From Camelus dromedarius (taxonomy: Eukaryota), in contig NC_087436.1 in NCBI RefSeq assembly GCF_036321535.1, positions 16,182,001 through 16,246,000 of the forward strand: 64,000 nucleotides of DNA, in the 5' to 3' direction. Both the position numbers and the translations under genes were made by a program. Numbering within the stretch: position 1 is the first letter of the stretch; the number at the start of each line of letters is the position of its first letter. Under the pieces are notes generated by a model. That model was not told the DNA's origin. It worked only from the letters and a program-made list of their open reading frames with translations, and searched no databases. Shown here one piece after another: positions 21,844-35,612 of the stretch.

Positions 21844-24800
21844 TTGTTGTGTATATCTTTATTAGTTGATTTGAAATCAGAAATCTGCACAAATTTAGAA
21901 TTTCAGTGCTGTTCTAATATAAGTATATGAAAGTTTACAATAGAAAAAATAATAGAAAATAATAAGCTTAAAATGTTTATATTGCATATTTTAGACTTAA
22001 GGAAAAATGCAAATTATAGATCGGAGACAGCTATGAGGGACAACCAACTAGCAAGTTGGAATAAATTCTAAGAGTATACTTATTACTGCTTAAGAGGAGC
22101 TGGATCCCGAAGACATAGAAACGAAACAGGCTATGTTTTCTTGTGTATATAGGAAAAGAGTATGTATTTAAAGGTGTGTTCAAAGTTTTTCTCAAACTGT
22201 TGACTTTCAGTGTTTCTGTTATTTTCCTTAAGAATCGATATTCTTTAAATATTAATTCTTGTAGCCAAATAAAATTTCAAGTTCACAATTAACTTTACGA
22301 AAAAGGAATGTTTGGTCTTCTCTTTAGAGAAATGACATAGCTTTAGGCAACTATACTACTACCATATTCATGTTGTGTTAACAGATAGATCCAAGGAGGG
22401 AAATGGTTTTCAAAACATGAACCACTAAAGTCTCGTACTACTTTCTTATGCTTTTCACTTGTTTTCATCAGAAGATCTGACAAGCATGAAAGTGTTAACA
22501 TCTTTTATTTTACAGATGTTCTTAGTTTTCTCTCAAACTGTAAAGGATGCTGTATCAGAGTAGCATGGTAGGAAATAATTTCAACACCTCCTTTCACTTA
22601 TGCGATAACTTATTATTTGTCTAAGCTGGTGGATATTTTTGTAGGGAGGGAAGCGAGACAGGAAAAGACAACATATTGAGATCTAATTGTTCACATTTTG
22701 AGATACAGATCAATCAATCTGTCTGCCGTATTATAAATTCTCTTTAAAATAGCTTTTCAATGGGCATAGTTGGAGTTATTTTCACTTCTGTGCTGTGTTC
22801 TTTGCAAGTCTCTCATTAATGCAATAGGCATGCCAGGTGACCACCGAGAGAGTTGTTGATGGACACTGTGGGTTTGCAAAGTGCAAAACTGAAAGACTAA
22901 GAGATGAGAAATGCATTGCTATTTGTGAATTTATGTTTTATCTCACTTCACTTGAAAATTTATGAGTAGCATGGCTTAAGGGTGCTGGAGTTGTGTGTTC
23001 CAGGGCTTGCCCCTACTGATAACACCCTTGTTGGCGTGAAAGTGCAATGCAAATTATGACAGTTACAACCTTCTGTTTTGTTTAACCTGTCAGTAGATTT
23101 CCTGGCTCAGTGCTGAGGGCAATGGTGTGTTCAGCTAGTCCATATTCACCCAAACTTAAAAGGTCAGGTTTCTACAGGCAAGCCTAGTCAAAGCCTAATT
23201 GATGAGGAGGGCAGAGAGACAGAATTTACTGTTCTGTTGGCTAGTTTCATATCGTTAGGTTGTCCTGAAAGCATCAGGCAGTCACAGCCCCTTTCATGTA
23301 AGTGCTGACCCTAGACAGAAGCTGACAATCAAAGGAGGCAGCCACAGGAACCAGTGCAAGTAGGCTATTGATTTTTCAGTTAGGTCTAAGTAGTTTGTAG
23401 TATGGGTAATGGGTGACAGAGGCAGGTATGTCATTATCAATGAGCTCCAGAACAGCAGCGACAACCCTTTCTCATATTTCCTTCAGCACTGACAGTATGC
23501 ATCCAGAGGCGGTCAATAAATCGCCCAACCTTTAACTGACAAGTGACTTGGACGTTTGGGTTGAGGGGTGGAAGTTCTAGAGCTAAACTTCTCTACTTGA
23601 ACATGTCCTGGATCTAGCGATAGAGTCAGTAATTATATGGTGGTTAAGTTTTTGAAGCTGTAATTTGGATAAGTCTCTGCAACTCTGAAAATCAGAGTTT
23701 CCTTTTCAGCTCTTGAGAATTTAAGGAGCATCTTTACCTAGTTAAGAAATAAAGAAAAGAGCCAATCATTTGTAAAGATACTCTGCAAGTGTAATGAAGT
23801 TAGATGATTATTGTAGAGTTTCACTTTTAATTTAGACTAGATCAGTATTTAATCACGATATCCCTGAACTTAACAAAAGTTCAGCAGTTAGAAATTACCT
23901 CTCTTCAAATAAACAAATTGCACTTAAAAAAAAGGAAGAAATTATCTCAAAATCCTTTTTAATTCCTAATCTCCTCTTAACTGTTTTAACTGCAGACCAA
24001 TTTTAAGTAGAAAAAACTTGAACCATTTGTAAATGTGATGTAGTAGCCACTAAGCAGTTGCTATTTGACCTTCAAATTCGTTTTATATTACTTTTCACAG
24101 TAAAATAGTCAGGAATTGAACATTTAATGATTAAAATTTGATGAATTATGGTTGCTTCTGAATTTTAAAAGAAATGAGGCTTTTCTTTTTTTTAAAAAGC
24201 ATTTCATTCGAATATTTGTATTTAAGGATAGATACAATTCATGCCCACATAAACGCAAAAATGTAACAGGTTTTGACTAAAAAGTGCGCATGTTCTTAAA
24301 GGGATATAAAATAATTGAGAGCTATTTTAAATTTGAACCAACCTCTATTTTTTTCAAAATGTAAGTAATATAAAGAAGATAATATTTATAACTAGAAGTG
24401 GGAGTTTGGGTTGTACCAGGATCCTTGCAAACTATCACATGCTTACATTTTTTGAAAACTTTAAACAAATTGAAGTAAAACAGAAAAGTAAATGTTTTTT
24501 AAAACTTCCTTAAATAGCTTATCACCGTGATATCTTGTTTAACACTGTGATACTGTACAGAACCAGAGTTAGGTCTGTGGTATCATCTAGCTGGGAGGAC
24601 CCTGCATGACCCCGTGAGTCATTTTCATTTGTCCCATGCAACTGAAAATTCTACCCCCACCCCCATTTTTAAAAAACTAACCAGCAGGTTAGTGCTTACT
24701 GAGAGTCTGTGTGCTTAAATATTTTAAGTTCATAGTGATATATCTATGTGAATAACCCTTTTTTTAAGAAAACAAAAGAATACAAATTTGAAATGTAGGA

Positions 24801-27199
24801 AAAGATGGCTACTATTGAACTACTATAGACTTAGTTTTAAAGAAGCTTTGAGATGATGTAATTAATATTTGGAGAAATTTTATTCCAAAATCCTGCATTA
24901 GTCATCTTTTGAGGCTTACAGATTCTTAAAGCAAGATCTTTTTAGAGTCATTGTTTTGCCTCCTGTTGTTTATTAGTAATTCACTTAATCTGTGTTTTTC
25001 TGTTGGATTAGATAAAATATTTAGCTGAGAATCTTGTAATCTTTCTATTGTTAGCCATATCATAGGTGGGGCTTCTTTTGCTGTCTTTGAAATCTTTCCT
25101 GACTACAGTGTTGTTGGTTTTTTTTCCTTCCCGAAATAAAAAAAAGCTGAAGAAAGAGGGGACAAATTAAATTTTCATGAAAGAAAATCCTAATCAGCAG
25201 TGACAGTGTAAGAGAAAGATGATTGCCACTTGGTCATTGTGGAGAGGCACTTAGATTTGGTGTCAGTGCTTCTGTTAATGATGACTAATGTCTTTCTTGG
25301 AGCAAGTGCATGCTCCAACATACTGCTACAGCCTAGAGAGCGAGGGCTCGGAGGTAGGCAGCACTCAGCAAAGCATTAGGTGGCCTAAAACAAAGGCCTT
25401 TCAATGCAATCAATCTGACAGTCTCTATTATTAGTCAAATGCAAACATAATTCTAAGGCATTTAACAACACATTTTAAGCTGCTTTATCTCCAGAAGTAA
25501 GAGATACTATTTTCGAATTAAAATATTAAGAGATCAAGCAATGTTATTAAGATTTGCTCCCTGTTTTGTTAACTACAGAAATAGGCACATCATGACCAAT
25601 GCACAGAATCACGTGTGTTAAGAAAGTTTTACAAAGAGGCAGATGTGCAGCAGAGTTTTTTTTCCCCCTACTGCAATGCTTTCTAGTTACAAAAAGAGAA
25701 TGAGTAGCTCAAAAGATCTTTTTAGATCTTTTAATCTTAAATATATTGCTTACAAAAAGATGACATGTGTGATTTCTTCAGTTTTCCCCCAAAGTGTAAG
25801 ACCTTTCAGAAGGGCATTTGCAATGCTTGTCATATTTTTCCATATACATCTTATTGGCCTGACAAGTCTTGAGAACCATGAGAACACAGATGTCATTGCA
25901 TTCAGACAACACTAATTACTCTGGGATTTTTGCAGCCTCAGTGCCTGCATGTAACTGTCGATTATGATTGTTCATGCAGCCTACAGTGGGGACACTTTGC
26001 ACATGAAAATAGCGAGACACAAAAATTGTGAGACAGGCCTTTTAGTCCCCTATTGTTCTCCAGGAGAATTTGGGAGAAAAAAAATTCCTGACACATCAAT
26101 TTCATTCAGCATTTTGCATTTGAACCATGTTTTGGCAACATTTTCCTTTCTAAAGTAAGTGTGTTATGCTTTAGTGTGCAGTGAAATCTATTATCCATCT
26201 GTTCTTTAACCTTCTTGTACAATCTTCTACATGACTTTGTCTTCAAGCTTCATGGGAAATTTCTTTATGTAGCTTACAGTCTGAGAGAAGCGCTAATTGT
26301 GATATGAGTCTTTCGAAAGTGACAGTGCAAAACAATAAATATGTATGATGTGTTCTTCTGGCGTGCGATTTAATGTTTAATGAGGAACTGCAGCGAATAT
26401 GGTTAGTCTCAATTCCAATAAGTGCAGTCATCTTACGCTTTTAACACAGGTCAGTTCTTTTCTTTGTTTAATTTTCTCTCTAACATTCTGGATTTCAGCT
26501 GATGATTCATGGTGTTTAGGTGGTTTTGAAGTATCAGAGGTCAAATGGTGGTCAGATCTGAGCCCTTACTACTAAATGTGGAGACCAACTAGATGCTTTG
26601 GAAAAAAGCATAATCTGTGGTAATCACCGATTGAAAATAAAATCTCCAATAACGTAACTTCATACGCTGATGAAGCAGAAATTGAAGCAGCTTGATCAAA
26701 GATGTGTGATGAGATAAAACTGCAGTCTCTGCTGTACAGTTATAGTAATTATGACTAATGAACCGTCCAGTCTGGATGAAATGGCATGCCCACAGGGACT
26801 GTGTCCAGTCAGTTGTGACTTAGGCAAGCTGAACAAACCGCTGATTGGGTTCCAAATTCTCTATCACAAAAGTATGCTCTCCGTTATTAATACAACTTTT
26901 GTTAGGATGGTGTAAAGTGACTAGAAGTGCCCTAAATTTTGTTAAATATAGATTATAGTCCTCTCTCTTTTTTCATATGTTTATTTAAAATTAAACACCT
27001 ATTTGTTGTGACCTCTGGTTTACCTCTTCTTCCTTAAATACACTTAGGTCACTACTCTGTCACAATTCTGTGACCTCCTGCTTGTTCTTCTGTTGTGCTA
27101 CTTCTGGACACTCTCTCTTTTTTAAAGCTGTTGTTTACTTTTGTCAGGGATTATTGTTCCCTAACCGGATATTGGAGAGATGCTTTTATAATAATAAAA

Positions 27200-27365
27200 G
27201 GATGTGTGAGGCATTTACAGTGTGTATGCACCGTCCTAAGTGCTTTACCGATATTAGTTCAGAAATCACCACTGCAGTCCTTCGAGGTGGGTCCTACACA
27301 TTATCACCATTTTACAGAGGAAGAAACCAAGATGTGGGAAGGATGAGTAATTTGCCCAAGGTTTC
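27200..27365 (-). mobile_element. MIR SINE fragment
   Basis: gcaccgtcctaagtgctttac...ccattttacagaggaagaaaccaag...agtaatttgcccaaggt. Confidence 0.65.
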
Positions 27366-29687
27366 AGGCTCTTATAAGTGTTGGATTGCCTTGTGGGGGT
27401 TAGTTATATTCTTCTGAGCCTAACGTATCTCTAAATTATTCTCACTTTCCCTTTTGCCAACCAGGATTAGTTTTTTTGTTGTTACTGGTTTTCTGGCAAC
27501 TGACAAAACTGCCAGGGTTTTTTAAATCAGAGGGCTCGTGCGCAGTTCTAGTATAGTTTGTTAGGTCCCTAACCTCAAATTATATTCAAGTTTCTAAACT
27601 CATTTACTTGGTATATTTTAAGTAGCTAGAACTTTCAGGATGGTGTTTAAGAATACATGCTTTTGATATGGATACATGTCTAAAATATATAAATATGTCA
27701 ATTTGATGCACTCTTGACATTGTAAAATCATTAAGTTGTAATGAATACAATCTACTCACCTAAAAGGAGATAAAATAGTGCTGGGAAAATTGTTGATTTT
27801 CTTCTGAGATTATCTATACTAAAGTTTTTCTCATCAAACCAGGTATAGTCCTTGTCTTATTGACTTCTTATTCCCAGCACCTTATTTACTGCCTACTAGG
27901 TGGTAGGTATTGAGTAAATATTTGAGGAAAGTAGGAGGGAACACAGGAAGGGGAACTTCTCAGGGGTTCAGTAATTCAAGGATTCTGTCAAATACAGGTT
28001 TTAATTCTGGTTCCCTTAACAGAGTTTTTACTTATAGGTATAGAATAAAGCAGACTATCATTATGCCATTATTCTTTAAAATCTTGAAAATTCCACCTGA
28101 TCAACTTTGATTCCCACTGACCCTCACTCAGTCTGAGGTCTTTGTCTGCCCAGGCTGGCTTCCTTGCATCTATCACGTGATACCCTACAGAGAGCTTTCT
28201 ATGAACTGACAAACTAGTTATCATCAGTTTCAAACAGTTTAATATATGTTTTCATTTTTGTTGTCTCTATGTCACTATCTGTAGATTCCTCTCCCTTTAT
28301 TACCTTACTAACATGAAGAGATATTAAAAGGCAGATGTCATATTTATTTGGTAGCATTACGTGACTCGATTCATAAGTACATGCTCAGCAAATACCTGTA
28401 GATTGATTGATAATTTTGGTGCCTCTTCTTTCCAATAGGTTTCTTCTCATCTCCAGAGTCAGACTTTCAATGTGAGATTTCTAGAGGGGATGTCCTGAAA
28501 GTCTTTTAAAACTCCATTGAAAGGAGATTTACACAAGAAGGATATTGACTTCTTATTCTGTGCCAGGCACTATACTAAGCACTTTAATTGTTTTAATCCT
28601 CTCAGCACATCCATAATGAGTTATATCGTATTATTATCCCTAGCTATATAGAAACCAAGGCAGAGAGATTAAATAACTTGGTTGGATTCTGAAGCTAGGG
28701 AGTAGCAAAACATGGCTTGCAAAGATGGGGACAGTTTATTTGAAAGCCAAGAATTTTAGTTGGTATCCTGTCAATGCCATGCCCCTTTTGCTTTTTAATG
28801 CCCTTTCAGCAGTTGTCTGTAATGGTTCCTTAAGTTCTGCTTTCCTACAACTTAAATAATATCCATTGCACACCTGCTTATCCTTGCCTTCTCAAGATAT
28901 TCCCAAGCCCTTTTCTGTACCATTAATTTTCAGAAGAGAAGAATGAAACCTTGGTATACTTTTTGGAAATGTTGTGACATGATCAGATAATGCAGGCAGA
29001 TAAAGAGATACCAGACCCATGTTCTTTTGGGTTTTTTTTGTTTGCTTTCTTTTGCTTTTTAACTTCCTGGAAGACCAAATAGCAGTTGTCATTATCATCA
29101 TTTTATGCAAGCTTTAAGAAGTGGTTGCAGTGTAAATTGTTAGGTAGTCTGCTTAGGAAATTTCCAAAGTTAAGATGTAGTAAATCATAGGAAAAATACT
29201 TGAAATTTAAATCTGGTTTTAAAGTGATTGGTAGTACATCCATGGCTGTTTATAAAAGGGAAATGGAGTTAATAAAATGCATATTTTATACTTAGGAAAC
29301 ATTGTGGCTTATAATGAGTCTTTATATAAAACTGAAACCACTGTGTTATCAAAGAGGAAGCAGTTTACCAAATATAGTAGGCTCTCAGAAGTAAACTGAC
29401 ATCAATTCCAATTTCTGTTTGGATTTCAGCTTTTATGTGGAGGTTGATGGCATTCTGTTTCATAAGTGCTGCAATACTCTGTATTTTAAAAAGTCATATC
29501 TTTTTATTTTGCTTGCAGGAATTTAGTTATTCAAATCCTTGCTCATTCAATATAGGTCAGTTTACATTTAGCTAAAGGTTTTGTCATTATTAATACTATT
29601 TGTATTAACTGAAAACATTTTAGTCTGAAGTCAATATCAGGTATTGATCTTCCTTTAACTTTTAAGATTAAAATCACTTTAAAGCTT

Positions 29688-29842
29688 GGGGCAGAGTATA
29701 GCTCAGTGATAGTGTGTGCTTAGCATGCATGAGGTCCTAGTCAATCCCCAGTACCTCCATTTAAATAAATAAATAAACAAACCTAAACTACCTTCCCCCC
29801 CCCAGAAAAAAACCCAAAATAAATACAATAAAATAATTTTTA
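29688..29842 (+). mobile_element. tRNA-derived SINE (camelid vic-1-like) with 18-bp TSD
   Basis: ggggcagagtatagctcagtgatagtgtgtgcttagcatgcatgaggtcc...ccccagtacctccatt plus an A-rich tail. TSD aaaat(c/t)actttaaagctt at 29670-29687 and 29843-29860. Confidence 0.85.
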
Positions 29843-30319
29843 AAAATTACTTTAAAGCTTTTCCTAAATAGTTTAATTGGAAATCTTTAATTAGAAAAAA
29901 GTCCAGTAAGACCCTAAAATGGTAACTTGTTATTTTGAAATGAGTGTTTCATATTGTGCTTTATTAAATCACGTTTTATTCATTCATGAATTCTAATACT
30001 TTTGCCTCTTTCAGATTTAATAAATTAATATTCATACTCATAAAAATCCATATGATTCTTCAAAAGTTTTTTTACAAGGGAATTGAAATGGTAGATTTAT
30101 ATAATTTGAACATTAGTCATATTTAAAATATTTCAAAAGACATAATTTTAAATGAAAAAAACTGAATTATCTCTGCTCTGATTTTACATATTAACTTATA
30201 TTTATGAAGAAAGATTTCAAGAGAATGAACAAAACATGAAAACAGGTAAAATATTTGGTTAACTTTTCCGGTGGGGTTAATTTCCTTCATTGTTATATTA
30301 ATATTTATTCAGTAAGTTC

Positions 30320-30484
30320 CTTTTTTTCTTTTTTTTTAAATTTCAGAGTTATTTGTTTATTTTCATTTCTAGTTGAAGTGCAGTTTACAATGTTGTGCCA
30401 ATTTCTGGTGTACAGCATAATGTTTCAGTCATACATGTACATCCGTATATTCCTTTCCATATTCGTTTTCATTTTCATTATAGT
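30320..30484 (-). mobile_element. 5'-truncated L1 3' end
   Basis: T-rich tail then gttgaagtgcagtttacaatgttgtgccaatttctggtgtacagcataatgtttcagtcatacatg. Flanked by tattcagtaa direct repeats. Confidence 0.7.
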
Positions 30485-31900
30485 ATTCAGTAAATTTAAA
30501 CGTATGTACATATAAATGAATACATTTCAAAGTCTAATATGTTTTATAATAACTCTTAGGTTGTATAGCTTTACCATATTTTATTGTCTTTTATATATTA
30601 AAAAAAAAAGCCAGGATCCCGTTATGTACAGCTTATACTTTCCCATGGAAATTGTCAGCTGAAGTTACCTTGAGAGTTATTATATAAAAAGTATGTATAA
30701 AACCATAGTACATATACTCCTACTCTACAGTGTTACATGTGATCAATGTAAAACATAGATTTAAAGAACATATAATACTAATATTTCAGCCTTGTGATTA
30801 TGTGATGCTAATTGAGAAGGTGTATTATTGTTAGATTGCCAAGATCTAGGCTTATATAAAAGTTTTTCGTAAGGTTGAAAAAGATTACTTCCAAACATAC
30901 GTAATTCTGAACAGCAGGGAAACAGGAATGAGTAAGATATAATTTTGAACATCTAGTAGCTCTCAGTTAATAATGTTTATACTGTTTTAATATTTGAAGA
31001 CATTCAAATATTCAATAATTATTGAATGCAGATAGGTTTTAAGAAAATGTATTGTAGATTAAATGTGTATAGTTTTCTGTTCTGATACTGTGTGCACCTT
31101 GACTTTGCTTTCTCTGCTTCCTATAACTTTCACAGTAGGAAAGTAAGAGCTTATTTTCTGCCTTGTCCTTTAAACACTTACTGAGAACGTACAGGGCAGG
31201 CATGGGGGAGGTTGCCTAAGTGTAGAGAAAATGAAATGCACTTACATTGCCATTTATCAGAGCTGCTTATAGCAATGAGAGTATGTGTACAACTATACTA
31301 TCATTATCTCTGCTGCTCTCTGATTCTAGTTTGCAGGTAGACTATATTTATATAGCCTCCTATGGAAAAAATCTAAGCTTCAGATTGCAAATAGGGGGAG
31401 AAAGATCCTTGGAAAACAACCAGTGAATACTCAGCAACAATGAAAAGAGCTGAAGTGAGCAGACTATTATATGCTGATTGGTAGATTTGCAGACAAGGGG
31501 AAAAGGCATTGACTAGCTTTGTGCATTTAAGGCCAATCTTTATTCAAGAGCCAAGACCAGGAGATACTATGTAATCAGAAAGGGCAGGAAAGTATTAAAA
31601 GGAGGACCAAGTAGGAAAGAGAACAGTACAGATCGAGGCACAGTCAGTGATGTGGAGAGTAATGAGAGCAGAGCCATTTACAGTAAATGAAGTGCAGTAA
31701 TAAATAATAGTAGAACATTTTTGTCAAAAGATCACATGAAAACTGTATTATATTCTAAGCATCGATGTGGTCATTTTCTATGTGTGTGCTTAGAGGTTGG
31801 GGTAGATAGTTTGTTAAAATAGTAATTGATTCCCTTAATGGTTCTCTTTGATTTTCGAGATTAAATTATATTTATTACACATTCTAAAGAAAAGTATACA

Positions 31901-32369
31901 TAGTAGTTTTGTATTGCTGCTGTAAAAATTACTACAAATTTAGTGGCTTGAACAGTATGTGTCTCACTGAGCTAAAATCAAGGTGTTGGCAGAACTGCAT
32001 TCCTTTCTAGAGACTGTGGGGAAGGATTTGTTTCCTTACCTTTTCCAGCTTCTAAAGTCATCCCACATCCTTTGGCTCGTGGCCCCCTTACTCCATCTTT
32101 AAAAACAAGGATCGCAGGTTGAGTGCTTCTTACGTCACATTACTCTGGCCTACTACCCTTCTGCCACACTGTTCCACTTGGAAGGGTTGTAGTTACATTG
32201 GGTGCACTGAATAATACAAGTTAACCTTCTTATTTTAAGATTAGCTGATGAATAACCTAATTCCATCTGCAACCTTAACTCCTCTTTGCCGCGGAAGGCA
32301 GCATACTCATGGGTTCCAGGGATTAGAATGTGTGTATCTTTGGAAAGGAGCATAATTCTGCCTACCAGA
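31901..32369 (-). mobile_element. MLT1-type (ERVL-MaLR) solo LTR
   Basis: Reverse complement begins tggtaggcagaattatg...aaagatacacacattctaatccctggaacc. The other end reads tattgctgctgtaaaaattactacaaatttagtggctt. Confidence 0.75.
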
Positions 32370-33053
32370 ATAGCATACTATGGTTCAGAAATATTTCCAC
32401 CTAAAGGAATATAGTTTTATTAAATCTTCCATTATTTTGAAAAAGTTCTCATCTAGAATAGTTCTCTGATTTCAGAGTAACGTTGTTTTATCATATTAAG
32501 AGTAGATTCAAAATACAAAAGTTGTGACAAAATTTTCAGGAGAAATTTTATTGTTGTAATTTGAAGTAGAGGATCACTCTTTATAAAGTGTTATTATAGT
32601 TTCAGTTAACACTTATTAATGGTAACTCTTTTAGTTGCAAATGATTTGAGTTATGAATATAGATAGACCTATATGCTGTTCTACTGAGTATCAGTTTAGA
32701 GTTCTTAGTGGTTGAACTAGGGAAACTCCTTAAAGAAGGGCCAGAGTTGTGTTTGTATACACTCTATAAATGCGTATCAGCCAGTGGTACTAATGAAATT
32801 GCAGTTACAAGTCAGTTTCCATATTGGCCAGTTAGCTTTACCCTTTTCCAAAGAAGTCCTTTTTATCACAGCAGAAAATAACTGTTTCTGGAAAACATTG
32901 CAAAGCCTGTTTCACTAACGTTGGCCTAATCTTGTCAGATATATGTCATATCTTTATCATACATGAAATGTAGAACGTGTTCTTTTTAAAGGACCTATAT
33001 TTAACATTTTGCTCTTTTTGTTTTAGCATTTGCTCATTCATATTCTTCCCTGC

Positions 33054-33078
<25 letters not shown>
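33054..33078. repeat. (TA)n microsatellite
   Basis: tatatatatatatatatatatata. Confidence 0.9.
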
Positions 33079-33085
<7 letters not shown>

Positions 33086-33799
33086 CATACATATGTACGT
33101 GTGTATATACTTATGTATGTATATCTAAATACACACTTTTTTTTCCTATACCATTTGTATACATCATGCTCCTTTATCCCTAAATACTTAAATATGTGTT
33201 TCTTAGGAATAAGAACATTATCTTATTTATATAGCCACAATAATTATCAAATTTATGAAACTTGGCATTGTTACAATACTTCAGTCTACCTACCATTCAT
33301 ACTTCATTTTCATCAACTGGCCCAAGTGATGTCCTTTAAAACATTTTTTTCCCTCCAGTATAGGATCTAGTCTACGATTAGTTATTACATTTAATTTCTT
33401 TAGTCTCTTTTAATCTGAAACATTTCTTCACCCTTTCTTTGTCTTTTCTGACATTGATGGTTTTGAAGAATACAGTCCCCCCCCTTTTTAAAAAGAATAA
33501 CCCTCATTTGAATTTATGTACTTTTTATGGTTAAGTTCACATTACGCATCTAGTTGGAATATAAATTACATGTCTTTCTCAGAGTTTCACCTCCAGAGCC
33601 ATACAATGTCCATCTGCCCTTCAGTGCTGATATTAATTTTAATTAGCCCTTCAAGGTGTTGTCCAATATGCTCCAGCATATTTATTATTTTCTCTTTTGC
33701 ACCTAATCAAACAGTCTGTAGTCAGACTATGAAAGTATCCTACTTGTTATCAAAATTTACCCTCTGCAGGCTAAAAGAATCATGTAGTCCTAGACGATA

Positions 33800-34800
33800 G
33801 ATTCTTAGACTTCATTGTGAACTTCATGTTTAGCTTATTATAGCTACAAATGGATATATACAGAAATAATTTATAGTTAAGTGTCTCTACATGAGTTAGC
33901 ATATGTATATACACATACATATTTTTAGTGTGTCCACTGAGAGAGTCTAGAAGCAATGGCACCCCAGTAACAATGAGCATATCCAACGCCAGACCTTAGT
34001 TTCTAATACCAATCCAATCACCAATGAAAGGAAGCAGGGCTCCTTAGAGAAAGGGCTAATCCTGCAGTTGGGGCAAAGACTGTACAAGATGAGCCTGGAG
34101 CTTATTGAGTGCCAGAAAGTAAGGGAGTGCTCACAAAACAGAATGAAAGGGTTATGTCAGAGGGACCCAGAGCCAAACGAAAGAACTCTCGATGGCCAAA
34201 GCTGGAACAGTTTGAACAAACAAAATCAATAAATTGGTATTAGATTATAACCAAAAGTATTAAAAAAATCCATGAGTCCATACTGATACCAATAAATACT
34301 TGAATAGATAGGAAAGAAGAGACAATACTGCCTTTCAGAAGAATCCCAACTAATTTAGTAGATCCTTCCTTCTAAAGAAAGTGGAGTAGAACTCTCTACC
34401 CATTAAGTGGGGGCTGTGCTTAGTGACTTGGTTCCAAAGAGTACAGTATGAAGTGGAGACCTGTCAAACACATACCTTAGCCAGGTGATAAGGTTAATAT
34501 AGTGATAAGTCATGTTGATAGCATGTATCTCTGATATATGATGAGACTGGTACTGTACCTCCATGGTTTTTCCCTCAAAACCCATAATCCATGAAAATAT
34601 CAGACAGACCCAAATTGAAGGACATTCTACAAATGGCCTGGTCATTACTCCTCATAGATTTTAAGATCATCAAAAATAAGGAAGGTCTTAGAAAATGCTT
34701 CAGCCCAGAGGAGCCTTAAGGAGACTTGAAGACTAAATGTCATATGGTATCTTGGAACAGAAAAATGACACTGGGGGAAAACTAATGTAATCTGACTAAA
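33800..34800 (+). mobile_element. Ancient L1 (L1MC/L1MD-like) 3' region
   Basis: gagagagtctagaagcaatggcaccccagtaacaatgagc...gtacaagatgagcctggag...gtgacttggttccaaagagtacagtatg...cttggaacagaaaaatgaca. Confidence 0.65.
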
Positions 34801-35516
34801 CTTGCCTATTTCGGTCTTTATAACCATCGTTACAAAATGATCATTTTCCAACATCAGCTGTTCTTATATATTGATTAATGACATTATAATTTAACGTAAG
34901 ATCCTTCTGTCTCACCCAGTTTTATTTATTTATTATTGGTGTGTACTCACGAATTTCTGTTAATTTTCAGTGGTAATTCATTAATGTTTATAATCATTGT
35001 AGTGCTGAAGTTATTCCATATTAGGCCAGTAGAAGCTGGTTCTTACATAGTTTGGTCATGCCTCTTCATTTTCTTGGGCACTTTCTGACTTTATGAGAGA
35101 GCAAGAGTTTCTAGGCTTATCTTGTAGCTCATCTTGTACCTTCTTTCCTGCAGCCCTGGAACCAGCTGTTACTCTGAAGAGACATGATTCCTTTCAGTGA
35201 GGATGACTGTTAGAAACCAAGATGCAGGCACCGAGTGCAACATAGCTCATGACACATTCTTTCAGTTGTCTCTCTTTGATAATCGTGGAACCCCTATTTT
35301 TGTGACATCTTCTGGTTTAGCTTCATATTTTTTTTAAAGTTTGCATATGGGTCTTATTTTATTTGTGGGTTTTGAATGCCACATTGGTAAGACATTGATA
35401 AACATCTCAAGAACACTTCAGATAGTATCATCCAATTTATATACCACAACATTATTAAGTGTATAGACAACTTACATTTGTATGGTGACAAGGATGTCTT
35501 TCAAAATGTCCAAACT

Positions 35517-35612
35517 GGGGGAGGATATAGCTCAGTGGTAGAGCACATGGCCTAGCATGCATAAGGTCCTGGGTTCAATCCCTAGTACCTCTATTAAAAT
35601 AAATAAACACTT
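35517..35612 (+). mobile_element. Short tRNA-derived SINE (camelid vic-1-like) with 14-bp TSD
   Basis: gggggaggatatagctcagtggtagagcacatggcctagcatgcataaggtcctgggttcaatccctagtacctc. TSD aaaat(g/t)tccaaact at 35503-35516 and 35613-35626. Confidence 0.87.

Noticed and set aside
35517..35592. Possible tRNA gene (also at 21693-21843 and 29688-29842)
   Set aside because: A-rich tails, target-site duplications and degenerate stems identify these as SINEs.
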